Shown: positions 10,703 through 21,944, numbered from the stretch's first letter. The stretch: DNA of 64,000 nucleotides from an uncultured Flavobacterium sp. (GCA_964559365.1 CAZLGK010000002.1:238-64237), one strand, 5' to 3'. Made by a program: numbers and translations. The notes: generated by a model not told the origin, from the sequence alone.

Positions 10703-10720
10703 TTTTTTAATTTAAAAATA

Positions 10721-11998
10721 TCATAATTTCCCGTCTACCCTATCGAGTAAAACTCCTTTTACATCATAAAGAACACTGTTTTCTTTTCTTAATGAAGCTA
10801 AGTCTAATGTTTCAAATTCTTTATGAGCAACTCCTAAAATAATTGTATCAAATTTTTCAATTGGAACTTCATTTGTAATTTCCAAACCATACTCATGTAA
10901 AACTTCTTCTGGATTAGCTAATGGGTCAAAAACAGAAACCTTTACACCATAATCTTTTAAAGACGAAATAACATCTACAATTTTTGTATTTCTAACATCA
11001 GGACAATTTTCTTTAAAAGTAATACCCAGCATTAAAACAGAAGCACCATTTACGACTACATCTTTTTTAATCATATATTTAATAACTTGAGAGGCAACAT
11101 ATTCCCCCATGCTATCATTTAGCCTTCTTCCTGCTAAAATAATTTCGGGGTGATATCCTTTTTCTTGTGCTTTTTGCGCCAAATAGTAAGGATCAACTCC
11201 AATACAATGTCCGCCTACTAAGCCTGGTTTAAAAGGAAGAAAATTCCATTTAGTTCCAGCAGCTTCTAAAACAGCTTTGGTATCAATTTCTAATAAGTTG
11301 AAAATTTTAGCCAACTCATTCACAAAGGCAATATTAATATCACGTTGAGAATTTTCAATTACTTTAGCCGCTTCAGCAACTTTAATTGTAGGTGCTAAAT
11401 GAGTTCCAGCAGTAATTACCGATTTATATAATTCATCTACTTTAATTCCAATTTCTGGAGTAGAGCCAGCAGTAACTTTTAATATTTTATCAACCGTATG
11501 TTCTTTATCTCCCGGATTAATACGTTCTGGAGAATACCCTGCGAAGAAATCTACATTAAATTTTAATCCTGAATTTTTCTCTAAGACTGGTACGCATTCT
11601 TCTTCTGTAACTCCAGGGTAAACAGTTGATTCATAAATAACAATATCTCCTTTTTTCAAAACTTTAGCAACAGTCTCACTTGCTTTATACAATGGAGTCA
11701 AGTCTGGTTTATTATGTTTGTCAACTGGAGTAGGTACTGTAACTATATAATAATTACACGAAGCAATTTCATCTAAATTATCTGTACAGTATAGACCTAT
11801 AGTTTCAGAATTGGCCGCTTTTAGAACCGCTTTTAAAACTTCATTTTCAATTTCAAGCGTAGCATCGACACCTTCATTGAGTTCGTTTATTCTATTTTGA
11901 TTAATATCAAAACCTACCACGTTAAATTTTGTTGCAAACAAACGAGCTAATGGTAAGCCTACATATCCTAATCCTATTATTGCAATTTTTGTACTCAT
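10721..11998 (-). CDS. tviB: UDP-N-acetylhexosamine 6-dehydrogenase (TviB/WbpO type)
   Basis: [37 protein letters not shown]. Confidence 0.85.
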   Translation of the reverse strand: MSTKIAIIGLGYVGLPLARLFATKFNVVGFDINQNRINELNEGVDATLEIENEVLKAVLKAANSETIGLYCTDNLDEIASCNYYIVTVPTPVDKHNKPDLTPLYKASETVAKVLKKGDIVIYESTVYPGVTEEECVPVLEKNSGLKFNVDFFAGYSPERINPGDKEHTVDKILKVTAGSTPEIGIKVDELYKSVITAGTHLAPTIKVAEAAKVIENSQRDINIAFVNELAKIFNLLEIDTKAVLEAAGTKWNFLPFKPGLVGGHCIGVDPYYLAQKAQEKGYHPEIILAGRRLNDSMGEYVASQVIKYMIKKDVVVNGASVLMLGITFKENCPDVRNTKIVDVISSLKDYGVKVSVFDPLANPEEVLHEYGLEITNEVPIEKFDTIILGVAHKEFETLDLASLRKENSVLYDVKGVLLDRVDGKL

Positions 11999-12007
11999 AG
12001 TTTTTTT

Positions 12008-13396
12008 TTAAGAACCAATAGATTTATATATAAACCCTATTTTTTCTAATTCATCTTTATTTAGTAAGTTTCTACCATCGAAAATAAATGCTGGCTTTAA
12101 CATTGAATCATAAATTTTTTGCCAATCATATGTATTAAATTCATCCCATTCTGTTAAAACCGCGATAGCGTGCGCATTTTCACATACTTCATATGGATTT
12201 TTTTCAACTGAAATAGATTTTTTATTATCAATCTCACTTCTTGATTCTAAATAATTTAAATCGAAAAGAATTTGTTTTTCACTTACTTTAGGATCATAAA
12301 CTGAAATATTAGCTTGTTCAGAAAGCAAGTAATCTGCAACGTAAATAGCCGCTGATTCTCTTGTATCGTTTGTATCTTTCTTAAAAGCCCAACCAAGAAA
12401 TGCGATTTTTTTACCAGAGACTGTATTGAATAATGTTTTGATTATATTTTTTGCAAATCTTCTTTTTTGATGGTCATTCATAATGATAACCTGCTCCCAA
12501 TAATCTGCTACTTCATTTAAACCATATGACTGAGCAATGTAAACTAAATTTAATATATCTTTTTGGAAACATGAACCTCCAAATCCTACAGATGATTTTA
12601 AGAATTTAGAACCAATTCTACTGTCCATTCCAATTGCTTTTGCAACTTCATTAACGTTTGCTCCCGTTTTCTCACAAAGTTCTGACATAGCATTTATTGA
12701 AGAAACTCTTTGTGCTAAAAAAGCATTTGCCGTTAATTTTGACAATTCAGAAGACCAAACATTTGTAGTTAAAATATTCTCTTTAGGTACCCAATTAGCA
12801 TAAACATCAACAAGTGCTTGAACTGCATTTTGACCTTCGTCAGAAGAATCTCCTCCAATTAAAACCCTATCTGGAGCTAATAAATCTTCTACAGCTGTAC
12901 CTTCAGCTAAAAATTCAGGATTAGACAATATTTGAAACTTAACTCCATTTCCGGTATGATCTAAAATATCTTTGATTGCACTTGCTGTTCTAACAGGTAA
13001 TGTTGATTTTTCAACTACTATTTTATTAGAAGTTGCAACTCTCGCAATTTGACGTGCACACAATTCAATATATTTTAAATCAGCAGCCATACCTTTACCA
13101 ATTCCATAGGTTTTTGTTGGAGTATTTACTGAAATAAAAATCATTTCCGCTTCATCAATTGCTTTATCTACTTCAGTAGAAAAAAACAAATTTCGATCTC
13201 TAGACTCTGCAACAATTTCACTTAATCCTGGCTCGTATATAGGAATATTTGCTACATCTTCATCATTCCAAGCTGCAATTCTTTCTTCATTTAAATCTAC
13301 AACAGTAACCTTTATATTAGGACACTTTTGTGCAATAATAGCCATTGTTGGACCTCCAACATAACCAGCACCAATACAACATATATTTTTAATCAT
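12008..13396 (-). CDS. ugd: UDP-glucose 6-dehydrogenase
   Basis: [35 protein letters not shown]. Confidence 0.93.
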   Translation of the reverse strand: MIKNICCIGAGYVGGPTMAIIAQKCPNIKVTVVDLNEERIAAWNDEDVANIPIYEPGLSEIVAESRDRNLFFSTEVDKAIDEAEMIFISVNTPTKTYGIGKGMAADLKYIELCARQIARVATSNKIVVEKSTLPVRTASAIKDILDHTGNGVKFQILSNPEFLAEGTAVEDLLAPDRVLIGGDSSDEGQNAVQALVDVYANWVPKENILTTNVWSSELSKLTANAFLAQRVSSINAMSELCEKTGANVNEVAKAIGMDSRIGSKFLKSSVGFGGSCFQKDILNLVYIAQSYGLNEVADYWEQVIIMNDHQKRRFAKNIIKTLFNTVSGKKIAFLGWAFKKDTNDTRESAAIYVADYLLSEQANISVYDPKVSEKQILFDLNYLESRSEIDNKKSISVEKNPYEVCENAHAIAVLTEWDEFNTYDWQKIYDSMLKPAFIFDGRNLLNKDELEKIGFIYKSIGS

Positions 13397-13399
13397 AAT

Positions 13400-14383
13400 T
13401 TATTTTAAATTTTCCCAATACCATTTAACTGCTTCTTTAAGTCCTTCTTTTAATGAGTATTTGGGATTGTAATTTAATCTATTTTTGGCTTTCTCGATAC
13501 TTGCTAAAGAATGTGGAATATCTCCTGCCCTTAAAGGACCGTATTTGATTTCTATATTTGAAATTTCAGAATCAAATTCTGACAAATAATTTTTTAAATA
13601 ATTAATTAGTTCATTTAAAGTCGTTCTATCTCCATAAGCAGTATTATAAACAGTATTTACAGCATTTACATCTTGTGTTTCCATCGCTTTTTCATTCATT
13701 TGAACAACATTGTCTATATATGTAAAATCTCTAGAAAAATTTCCATCTCCATTTATCACAGGGCTTTCATGATTTATGAAACTCTTTACAAATTTAGGAA
13801 TAACCGCTGCATAAGCCCCATTAGGGTCTTGATTCCTTCCAAAAACATTAAAATATCGAAGACCTATAGTTTGTATCCCATACGTTTTACTAAAAACATC
13901 TGCATATAGTTCATTTACATATTTTGTTACAGCGTATGGCGATAAAGGCTTTCCAATTACATCTTCCTGTTTCGGCAACATTTCTGAATCTCCGTAAGTA
14001 GATGAACTTGCCGCATAAACAAATCTAGAAACACCTTCTTTTGTTGCAGCTTGTAAAACATTTAAAAAACCAGATACATTAACTTCGTTTGAAGTTAATG
14101 GATCATTAATTGATCTTGGAACTGAACCTAAAGCTGCCTGATGTAAAACAAAATCGACTCCTTTAACCGCATCTTCACACACTTTATAATCTCTTATATC
14201 CCCTTCAATTAATCTAAAATTTTTATTATTAATTAAATGAGCTATATTATGAAAATAACCTGTTGCAAAGTTGTCTAAGCAAACAACTTCATTGTTTTCA
14301 ACAAAATAATTACACAAGTTAGAACCTATAAAACCTGCACCACCGGTGATGAGTATTTTTTTATTCTTTATTGTCTTCTCCAA
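13400..14383 (-). CDS. tviC: UDP-GlcNAc(A) 4-epimerase, SDR family (TviC/WbpP type)
   Basis: TGGAGFIGSNL, HQAALGSVPRS, AASSSTYGD, YAVTK, LRYFNVFG; TTG start. Confidence 0.85.
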   Translation of the reverse strand: MEKTIKNKKILITGGAGFIGSNLCNYFVENNEVVCLDNFATGYFHNIAHLINNKNFRLIEGDIRDYKVCEDAVKGVDFVLHQAALGSVPRSINDPLTSNEVNVSGFLNVLQAATKEGVSRFVYAASSSTYGDSEMLPKQEDVIGKPLSPYAVTKYVNELYADVFSKTYGIQTIGLRYFNVFGRNQDPNGAYAAVIPKFVKSFINHESPVINGDGNFSRDFTYIDNVVQMNEKAMETQDVNAVNTVYNTAYGDRTTLNELINYLKNYLSEFDSEISNIEIKYGPLRAGDIPHSLASIEKAKNRLNYNPKYSLKEGLKEAVKWYWENLK

Positions 14384-14386
14384 ATT

Positions 14387-16849
14387 TTAAGAATTTTTAT
14401 TTCTAAACTTATTAAGGACTTTTTTTATTCCTTTTTCTTTTACTTCTTCGTCATGATACGACTCTCCATATGCACCATAACCATAGCCGTAACCATAGCC
14501 GTAACCATAACCATATTTTGTTTTATTTTGGAAACCATTTAATAAAACACTAATATTATTTAGTTCTCCTCTTTTATGTTTTTCATTAACTACAGCAAGC
14601 ATACCTTTTTTTGTAAAACCTTGTCTAGTTACATATATTGTAGCGTCAGCAAATTTTGATAATTCTAAGGCATCAGCCACCAAACCTACTGGAGGAGTAT
14701 CTAAAATGATATAATCATATTTTAACTTCAACTCTTCAATTAAATCCTCCATAGCTCCGCTCATTAATAATTCAGCTGGATTAGGAGGAATGGGACCAGA
14801 AGTAATTAAATCTAAATAAGGAATGTGTGTTGATTGAGTAACCTCTTCTAATGTTTTTTGGCCTATTAAATAGTTTACAACCCCAGTAATATTATCAATA
14901 TTGAAATCACCAAAAATTCTTGGTTTACGCAAATCTAAACCAACAATTACTGTTTTCTTTTCACTTAATGCAAAAACTGTAGCTAAGTTTATAGAACAAA
15001 ATGTTTTTCCTTCTCCACTGACAGAAGATGTTAACATTAATATTTTTGAACCTTCAACTTTCTGTTTTTTATACATAAACTGTAATGAAGAACGAATTGC
15101 TCTAAAAGATTCAGCTAAAGGTGATTTTGGTTTTTCAAAAACTGACAAATTATTTAATGTATTTCTTTTTCCAATAACCCCAATTAATGGAATATTAGTA
15201 AGTTTCTGAATATCATCTGTATTATTTATATTATTATCCAATAACGTAATTAAAAAAATTACAAGAAATGGAACTAAAAAGCCAATTAAAAAAGCTAAAA
15301 TATAATTAATACTCGTCTTTGGCCCTCTTAAACCTCCCCCAACGTCTTTTGCAGGATCAATAAAATCGATATCAGAAATATTAGCTGCTTTAACAATTTC
15401 AGCTTCACTTCTTTTTTGCAAGAAAGTACTGTATAAATTATCTTTAAGATCATACTTTCTTGTAATCTTAACTAATTCTTGCTGCTGTTCTGGTAGTTTA
15501 CTTATTTCTCCTTCAAGCTTCGCAATATTTCTATTAACAATAGACATATCAACATCTAAAGAAGTTTTAGCACTTATAATATTTTGAAGTAAAACTTTTT
15601 TTAAGGCTTCCATTTCCGAATCAAACTCAGTAAACATTTTATTGCTTTTAACAGAATAACCCAACTCTGCTCTTTGAGCAGATAATTGAATTAATTTTGA
15701 AACGTTTATTAGAATATTTGGATCATCAATTCCGGCAACAGATGGTGCAGGCAATTTTGAAAAATCAGTATTTTTAAGCAAATATGAATTTAGTAAGTTT
15801 AAATATTTGCTTTTACGTTCTAATTCATCTTTAGTAATATCAAAATCTGAAACCTTATCGGTTAACTTTTCTCCTCCTGCTTCTAATTGAAAAACATTTT
15901 TACCTCTTCTAAAATCTTTCAATTCATTTTCGGCACTTTTTATTTGATCCTCCATTTGTAATAAAGTACTATCAATAAAATTAATAGTGTTTGTTGCAAA
16001 TTGGTTTTTACCATCCAACTGAATCTTTTTTAGCATAGAAACAGTAGTATTTAAATACTTTACCAATCGATATTTGTTAGAACCTTGAAGTTGTAATGTA
16101 ATTACAGAAGCGGCTTTTGCATCAGCAGAGACGTCTATATCTTTGTACTTTGAAACCGTACTGTTAAAATCGCTAAATCGAACATAAAACTCTTTTCCTT
16201 TAAAGTCAATCGCATCAGGATTTAAATGCAGTTTAAGATTTAAAAAAGGTAAACTTACTTCTTCATCAACATTATACTTTTTAACAAAAACATCACTTAA
16301 AGAACCTAAATCACTTCTTGAATCATCAATATAATGCATTATAGAACCTGATGGATATTCAGTAAAATCAACACTCAATTCATACTGATTTGAAGTCAGA
16401 AACTTAATTTTTATGGGCGTATTTAATAACTGTCCTTTATTTTTATCAATCTTTACATAAAAAGGGACTTTTCCATAAACATCTTCAAAATAATATTTTC
16501 CTTTAACTTCATAATTGATATAATATTCTAAATTTTCAACAACCAGTTCATTATGCGAACGAGACTTTAAAGTAGTAATTACAGTTTGGACCTTATCTGA
16601 AACTCCTCCCCAATTAAAGACCAAACTTGTATTTGCTGTAAAAAACGGATTGTTTTCATCTTTTACGACTATACTAGATTCCATTCCATAAACCTTTTCT
16701 TTCCTAATATTAACATTATAAGCAACAAAAAAAGTAATTATGAAACTTAGTACAAACCATTTCCAATAACTTAAAATCTTTAAAAAAAAACCTTTAAAAT
16801 CAAAATTTGATTGAGATTCAAAAAAAGTAAAATCTTTAGTATCTAACAT
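14387..16849 (-). CDS. wzc: Wzc polysaccharide co-polymerase / BY-kinase
   Basis: Two TMs, Walker A SGEGKT, DLRKP, ILDTPP, C-terminal (YG)n tyrosine cluster. Confidence 0.95.
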   Translation of the reverse strand: MLDTKDFTFFESQSNFDFKGFFLKILSYWKWFVLSFIITFFVAYNVNIRKEKVYGMESSIVVKDENNPFFTANTSLVFNWGGVSDKVQTVITTLKSRSHNELVVENLEYYINYEVKGKYYFEDVYGKVPFYVKIDKNKGQLLNTPIKIKFLTSNQYELSVDFTEYPSGSIMHYIDDSRSDLGSLSDVFVKKYNVDEEVSLPFLNLKLHLNPDAIDFKGKEFYVRFSDFNSTVSKYKDIDVSADAKAASVITLQLQGSNKYRLVKYLNTTVSMLKKIQLDGKNQFATNTINFIDSTLLQMEDQIKSAENELKDFRRGKNVFQLEAGGEKLTDKVSDFDITKDELERKSKYLNLLNSYLLKNTDFSKLPAPSVAGIDDPNILINVSKLIQLSAQRAELGYSVKSNKMFTEFDSEMEALKKVLLQNIISAKTSLDVDMSIVNRNIAKLEGEISKLPEQQQELVKITRKYDLKDNLYSTFLQKRSEAEIVKAANISDIDFIDPAKDVGGGLRGPKTSINYILAFLIGFLVPFLVIFLITLLDNNINNTDDIQKLTNIPLIGVIGKRNTLNNLSVFEKPKSPLAESFRAIRSSLQFMYKKQKVEGSKILMLTSSVSGEGKTFCSINLATVFALSEKKTVIVGLDLRKPRIFGDFNIDNITGVVNYLIGQKTLEEVTQSTHIPYLDLITSGPIPPNPAELLMSGAMEDLIEELKLKYDYIILDTPPVGLVADALELSKFADATIYVTRQGFTKKGMLAVVNEKHKRGELNNISVLLNGFQNKTKYGYGYGYGYGYGYGAYGESYHDEEVKEKGIKKVLNKFRNKNS
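14475..14515 (-). repeat. Hexamer-period repeat encoding the Wzc YG tyrosine cluster (ccatagccgtaa x2 plus ccataa units)
   Basis: Direct repeats visible in the sequence; encodes YGYGYGYGYGYGYG. Confidence 0.8.
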
Positions 16850-16860
16850 CTCTAACTCTT

Positions 16861-17655
16861 TTATAAATTCCTAGTTAACAAAATAGTTGTCGTAATTAAT
16901 GACAAGGCTGTTATAATTGTTCCTATTGTTTGTACACCTGTTGTCCCAGTTCCCCATGATTTTTGCTTCAAAGGCTTTATGTAGATATAATCGTTTGGTT
17001 GTATATAAAATACAGGTGATTCAAATGCATTTGAACTTGTCAAATCAATATAATGTGTTTCAAAACCTTGAGGTAATTTTCTGATTACTTGTACTTCCTT
17101 TCTGTTCCCTGTAATCGTTATATCTCCTGAATTAGCAATTGCTTCCATTATATTCACTTTATCTTGAAATAAAATATTTGTTCCAGGTGAATTTATTTCT
17201 CCATTTACAGTGTATCTTAAACCTGCCAACTTTACATTAACAAATAATCTTGCTTCTTTCTTAAAATATTCATCAAGTAACTTCTTTTCAATTTCATTTT
17301 GAACCTCTTCAACAGTAAACCCTAATACATTTAAATTCCCCAAAACAGGAATATTTATATTACCATGATCATCTACTGAAAAGCCATTAAAATAAAGAGT
17401 TTGAGGATTTATTTGAGTTTGATTTAATTGCGTTGAAGGATTAAACATCTCTACTAACCTTTGGTCAAGAGCTTTTATTGATATAGACAAGATATCATTA
17501 ATTTGAATACGGTAAGGCTTTGAAAGTGATTGATTAACCTCAATAAACTGATCTTTTTCCTTTCCTTTTTGTAAATAAATCAATTCCTTATTTGGTATGC
17601 AAGAAGTAAGAAAACCAGTTATTATTAATAAATATATAAATTTATATAATTTCAT
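16861..17655 (-). CDS. wza: Wza outer-membrane polysaccharide export lipoprotein
   Basis: Lipobox LTSC, YRIQINDILSI, VDDHGNINIP, GEINSPG, IQPNDYIYI. Confidence 0.93.
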   Translation of the reverse strand: MKLYKFIYLLIITGFLTSCIPNKELIYLQKGKEKDQFIEVNQSLSKPYRIQINDILSISIKALDQRLVEMFNPSTQLNQTQINPQTLYFNGFSVDDHGNINIPVLGNLNVLGFTVEEVQNEIEKKLLDEYFKKEARLFVNVKLAGLRYTVNGEINSPGTNILFQDKVNIMEAIANSGDITITGNRKEVQVIRKLPQGFETHYIDLTSSNAFESPVFYIQPNDYIYIKPLKQKSWGTGTTGVQTIGTIITALSLITTTILLTRNL

Positions 17656-17674
17656 TACATTTTATTTAAGAAAA

Positions 17675-17682
17675 CAAATATA
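17675..17682 (-). promoter_or_regulatory. Bacteroidota -7 element TATATTTG for the capsule operon
   Basis: Exact TAnnTTTG 19 nt upstream of the wza ATG. Confidence 0.7.
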
Positions 17683-17731
17683 GTTTTTACAATTAAATTT
17701 GAGAAATATAAATGCTTTAATATTAAAAAAA

Positions 17732-18352
17732 TTAATTCTGTTTTAATGAGTTTTCAAAAGGTATTCTATGCATTAAACTTCTTCCCAAAGTAACTTCATC
17801 TGCATATTCTAATTCATCACCAATAGCAACTCCTCTAGCTATAGTAGATGTCTTTACTTCAAAATCTTTAATCTGTTTATAAATATAAAAATTAGTTGTA
17901 TCTCCTTCCATTGTTGAACTTAATGCAAAAATCACTTCTGCAATATCTCTACTTTTAATTTTATCAACCAAATTTTTAATTTTTAACTGACTTGGACCAA
18001 TACCTTCTATAGGATTAATTTTACCTCCTAAAACATGATAAACCCCTTTATACAAGCCTGTATTTTCAATTGCTAAAACATCTCTAATATCTTCAACAAC
18101 ACAAATTAAACTTTTATCTCTTTTTACATTACTACAGATTTGACAAACAGTATTATCTGAAATATTATGACATTCTTCACAATATGAAATTTCGCTTCTT
18201 AACTTAAACAAAGAAGTGCTCAAATTTTGAGTTTGATCTAACGGCTGACCAAGTAAATGCAATGCCAATCGAAGCGCTGTTCTTTTACCTATTCCAGGCA
18301 ATTGAGCAATTTCATTTACGGCATTTTCTAATAATTTTGAAGGTAATTCCAT
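17732..18352 (-). CDS. recR: Recombination mediator RecR
   Basis: LPGIGKRTA HhH motif, CEEC..CQIC zinc finger, Toprim domain. Start set at MELPSK, downstream of the promoter. Confidence 0.97.
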   Translation of the reverse strand: MELPSKLLENAVNEIAQLPGIGKRTALRLALHLLGQPLDQTQNLSTSLFKLRSEISYCEECHNISDNTVCQICSNVKRDKSLICVVEDIRDVLAIENTGLYKGVYHVLGGKINPIEGIGPSQLKIKNLVDKIKSRDIAEVIFALSSTMEGDTTNFYIYKQIKDFEVKTSTIARGVAIGDELEYADEVTLGRSLMHRIPFENSLKQN

Positions 18353-18365
18353 GGTTACAAAAATA

Positions 18366-18408
18366 CAAAAGTAAGTCATTTTATTATTAAGATATTCTTT
18401 TATCTTTG
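18366..18408. promoter_or_regulatory. Divergent -7 elements: TACTTTTG (minus, 18366-18373, recR) and TATCTTTG (plus, 18401-18408, symporter)
   Basis: Two exact TAnnTTTG matches pointing at the flanking genes. Confidence 0.7.
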
Positions 18409-18429
18409 TTTAAAACAAACTAAAAAAAC

Positions 18430-19878
18430 ATGAGTCCATCATCAATTCTTATCTTAATACTTTCTTATTTCTGTGTTCTTATTTTATTCTCATTTATAAC
18501 AGGAAAAAAAGAAGTATCAAATAACGATTCGTTTTTTAAAGCCAATAAGCAATCTCCGTGGTATTTAGTTGCTTTTGGAATGATTGGATCTTCGCTTTCT
18601 GGCGTAACATTTATTTCTGTACCTGGAAAAGTTGAAGGATCTCAATTTGTTTATTTTCAGATTGTTTTAGGATACATTATTGGATATTTCATTATTGCAA
18701 CAATACTATTACCTCTTTACTATAAACTAAATTTAACCTCTATTTATACTTATTTAGAAGATAGATTTGGAAAATTTACTTATAAAACTGGAGCTTGGTT
18801 TTTTATTATTTCCAGAACTGTAGGGTCTAACTTAAGACTGCTCTTAGTTGCCGATGTTTTACAAACTTTAGTTTTCGAACCACTAGGTATATCATACTGG
18901 ATTACAGTTACGGTAACCATATTGTTAATTTGGCTTTATACTTTTAAATCCGGAATAAAAACTATTATTTGGACCGATACTCTTCAAACATTTTTCATGT
19001 TGCTATCTGTAGGAATATGTATTGTTGTCGTTTCTGAAGACTTAGGAGTCAATATTTCAAACTTTTCTTCTTTTATAGCAGATAGTGAGTTTTCTAAAAC
19101 GTTTTTCTTTGAAGATATAAGTTCTCCAAAATATTTTTGGAAACAATTTTTATCAGGTATTTTCATTGCAATTGTAATGACTGGATTAGATCAAGATATG
19201 ATGCAAAAAAACTTGACCTGCAAAACATTAAAAGATGCACAAAAAAATATGTTTTGGTTCACAATTGTACTAACGATAGTTAACTTTTTCTTTCTTGTTT
19301 TAGGTCTTTTGTTTACAGAATATGCTTTAAAATATGGTATTGACGCACATGGCGATGCATTATTCCCAATATTAGCTAATAAACACTTAGGAATTGTAGT
19401 AGCTTTTAGTTTTTTATTAGGACTTATTGCAGCAGCTTATTCTAGCGCAGATAGCGCCTTAACATCTTTAACAACTTCATTTAGCATAGACATACTCGAT
19501 ATTGAAAAAAAATACGATAAAACAAAACAAGTTGCGATAAGAAAAAGAATTCATTTAATGTTTGTAGTAGTATCTATTTTTGTAATATTATTTTTTAAAT
19601 ATGCTTTTAATGATTCGAGTATAATTGACAAAGTATTAAAATTTGCTGGATTTACTTACGGCCCTCTATTAGGACTTTACAGTTTTGGTTTATTTACGAA
19701 ATGGAAAGTTAAAGATATACTTGTTCCGATTATAGCAATTTCTGCCGTAGTCATTTCACTATTATTAAACAATTACAGCCTTAATTGGTTTGGTTTTAAT
19801 TTTGGTTTTGAAATATTAATTGTAAATGGATTATTAACTTTCGTAGGGCTAATATTGATTCGTAGCAAGCAAAACTAA
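18430..19878 (+). CDS. Sodium:solute symporter (SSS family)
   Basis: SLSGVTFISVPG, SIYTYLEDRFG, IWTDTLQ, GLDQDMMQK; about 13 TMs. Confidence 0.92.
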   Translation: MSPSSILILILSYFCVLILFSFITGKKEVSNNDSFFKANKQSPWYLVAFGMIGSSLSGVTFISVPGKVEGSQFVYFQIVLGYIIGYFIIATILLPLYYKLNLTSIYTYLEDRFGKFTYKTGAWFFIISRTVGSNLRLLLVADVLQTLVFEPLGISYWITVTVTILLIWLYTFKSGIKTIIWTDTLQTFFMLLSVGICIVVVSEDLGVNISNFSSFIADSEFSKTFFFEDISSPKYFWKQFLSGIFIAIVMTGLDQDMMQKNLTCKTLKDAQKNMFWFTIVLTIVNFFFLVLGLLFTEYALKYGIDAHGDALFPILANKHLGIVVAFSFLLGLIAAAYSSADSALTSLTTSFSIDILDIEKKYDKTKQVAIRKRIHLMFVVVSIFVILFFKYAFNDSSIIDKVLKFAGFTYGPLLGLYSFGLFTKWKVKDILVPIIAISAVVISLLLNNYSLNWFGFNFGFEILIVNGLLTFVGLILIRSKQN

Positions 19879-20205
19879 AGTACATGATTCTTCAAAAGCG
19901 ATATCATTAGCTTTTAGAATTTTATAAAACTCTTCGTTTTCTGTTCCAGGATTAAATATTACCCTTCTTGGTTTTAAAGATAATATATATTCGTAATACT
20001 CTTTTTGAACTACAGGGTTAAGATAAAGAGTAACAGTATCAACAGCATGAAAATCTAATTTATCTGTTTCTATTAGGACATCCATTACCATACCTTTTTT
20101 AACTCCAATTGCTACAACTTGGTGACTTTTTGCTATTAAATTATTAATTGCTTTGTATGAATATCGCTCTTTGTTTGTAGAAGCGCCGATAACAAGTGTT
20201 TTCAT
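19849..20205 (-). CDS. CoA-binding protein (YccU-like)
   Basis: LVIGAS..ERYS, VDTVTLY, VIFNPGTEN, CTLV. Confidence 0.88.
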   Translation of the reverse strand: MKTLVIGASTNKERYSYKAINNLIAKSHQVVAIGVKKGMVMDVLIETDKLDFHAVDTVTLYLNPVVQKEYYEYILSLKPRRVIFNPGTENEEFYKILKANDIAFEESCTLVLLATNQY

Positions 20206-20291
20206 ATATTTAGATTATTTACATAAAATTACTAAAATAATTATAACTTTGAGATAACATTACATTAAAAGCTACTTAATAAAAGTAGCTA

Positions 20292-20299
20292 TATATTTG
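20292..20299 (+). promoter_or_regulatory. -7 element TATATTTG for marC
   Basis: Exact match 10 nt before the ATG. Confidence 0.65.
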
Positions 20300-20309
20300 C
20301 AAAAAACTT

Positions 20310-20942
20310 ATGGAGTTATTTATTTACGTATTCGCAGCATTATTCTCAGTAATTAATCCACTTGGATCAATACCTATTTTTGTTGGCCTTACACAAGAAG
20401 ATTCTAAAAAAGAAAGGTCAAGAATTTCAATTTGGGCTGCAATAAATGTTGGAATCATTCTTTTAATTTCATTTTTTATCGGAGAATATGTTTTAAAATT
20501 CTTTGGTATTAGTATAGATGCATTAAGAATAGCCGGAGGAATTATTATTGTTAACTCAGGATTTTCATTATTATCAGGAAATATTAGTAAAAGAAAAGGT
20601 TTAAACAAAAAAGTTACTAATGACGCAATGCATAGAAACGATATTGCATTGACTCCGCTTGCTATGCCAATGCTTGCCGGACCAGGCTCAATGTCGTTAT
20701 TAATTGCTATGTACCAAGAACAACCAGAAATTTCTGAAAAAATTATTACTTGTTCAGCAATCTTATGTGTTGCAATCTCTATATTTTTTATTTTAAAAAG
20801 TGCTCATTATCTTTCTAAAATACTTGGAGCTTCTGGACTTGTTGCTATTTCAAGAATTATTGGATTTATTGTTATTGCAATTGGAATTCAATATATAAGT
20901 AGCGCTTTAATTAACATATTAAAAATAGCTTTACAAGCATAG
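20310..20942 (+). CDS. marC: MarC-family (NAAT) membrane protein
   Basis: INPLGSIP, LRIAGGII, PLAMPMLAGPGS. Confidence 0.92.
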   Translation: MELFIYVFAALFSVINPLGSIPIFVGLTQEDSKKERSRISIWAAINVGIILLISFFIGEYVLKFFGISIDALRIAGGIIIVNSGFSLLSGNISKRKGLNKKVTNDAMHRNDIALTPLAMPMLAGPGSMSLLIAMYQEQPEISEKIITCSAILCVAISIFFILKSAHYLSKILGASGLVAISRIIGFIVIAIGIQYISSALINILKIALQA

Positions 20943-20950
20943 ATACAAAT

Positions 20951-20983
20951 AAAAAAAACCCAAACTTCTTTGGGATTTTTTTT
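20951..20983. terminator. Bidirectional intrinsic terminator between marC and ctlX
   Basis: A8-CCCAAA-CTTC-TTTGGG-A-T8. Confidence 0.75.
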
Positions 20984-21005
20984 AAATTATAAAATTGGAA
21001 TTCAA

Positions 21006-21944
21006 CTAACCTTTTGGCAAGAAAACTTCAGCCATCATGCAACGAGCGCTTCCACCTCCACATAATTCGATAGTATCTAAACTTGCATAAATAATTTTAC
21101 AATGCTTTTCTATTTTAGATATTTGCTCTTTTGTTAAAGACTGATATGCTGCATTACTCATAATCAAGAACAACTCATCATTTGCACCGCGAACTTGCAG
21201 CATGTTTCCTGCAAAACTATTCACTTGTTCTTCAGAAATTAGAATCACTTCTTTACCACTATTCTTCAATCTTTTTAAAACATTTTTTTGCTCTGCTTTA
21301 TCATCAATACAATCAGCACAAACTACCGCAAAGGTTTCTGCCAAACACATCATTACATTAGTATGATAAATATGCTTTCTTTCTCCATTGGACAAAGTTT
21401 GAAAAGCTTCAAAAATAACAGGCTCATAGTGAAAATCTTCACAAAACTCAATAAAAAGTTCTTCATCTGCTCGTGGAGATAAAGCACAATATGCTATTTC
21501 ATTTTCTCTATCTAATAAAACACTTCCTGTTCCTTCAAGGAAAACATTATCTTCTTCAGCTGAAGTATAATCAACAATGTTTTCAATTTTAAATCCTTTT
21601 TCTTCTAAAATATCTAAAATATCTTCACGTCTTTCTAATCTTCTATTTTCAGCAAACATAGGATATAGAGCAACATCCCCACTTTCGTGAAAAGAAATCC
21701 AATTATTAGGAAAAACACTATCTGGAGTGTCTGGATTCAAAGTATCCTCAATAACAACTACATTTATTCCAGCAGCTTTTAACTTTTCAACATAATTATC
21801 AAATTCTTCTTGCGCTTTTGCATTAACAGTTGCAGGTAAAAGTCCTTCTAATACCTTTTGATAATAATTATTTACCGCAGTTTGCTCATTCATACGGAAA
21901 GCAACTGGACGAATCATTAATATTGTATTTGTAGTTTGATTCAT
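21006..21944 (-). CDS. ctlX: Amidinotransferase-fold citrulline utilization hydrolase CtlX
   Basis: ILMIRP, TPDSVFPNNW, LEGTGS, IYHTNVMM, GGGSARCMMAE. Confidence 0.88.
   Translation of the reverse strand: MNQTTNTILMIRPVAFRMNEQTAVNNYYQKVLEGLLPATVNAKAQEEFDNYVEKLKAAGINVVVIEDTLNPDTPDSVFPNNWISFHESGDVALYPMFAENRRLERREDILDILEEKGFKIENIVDYTSAEEDNVFLEGTGSVLLDRENEIAYCALSPRADEELFIEFCEDFHYEPVIFEAFQTLSNGERKHIYHTNVMMCLAETFAVVCADCIDDKAEQKNVLKRLKNSGKEVILISEEQVNSFAGNMLQVRGANDELFLIMSNAAYQSLTKEQISKIEKHCKIIYASLDTIELCGGGSARCMMAEVFLPKG

Noticed and set aside
14475-14515. Tandem repeat at the wzc 3' end as a VNTR or CRISPR-like array
   Set aside because: Explained by the BY-kinase tyrosine cluster
7773-16790. 9-nt A/T homopolymers in capsule genes (7773-7781, 9522-9530, 16782-16790) as phase-variation switches
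   Set aside because: All frames are intact and such runs are expected in very AT-rich DNA; I saw no G/C tracts or invertible-promoter repeats
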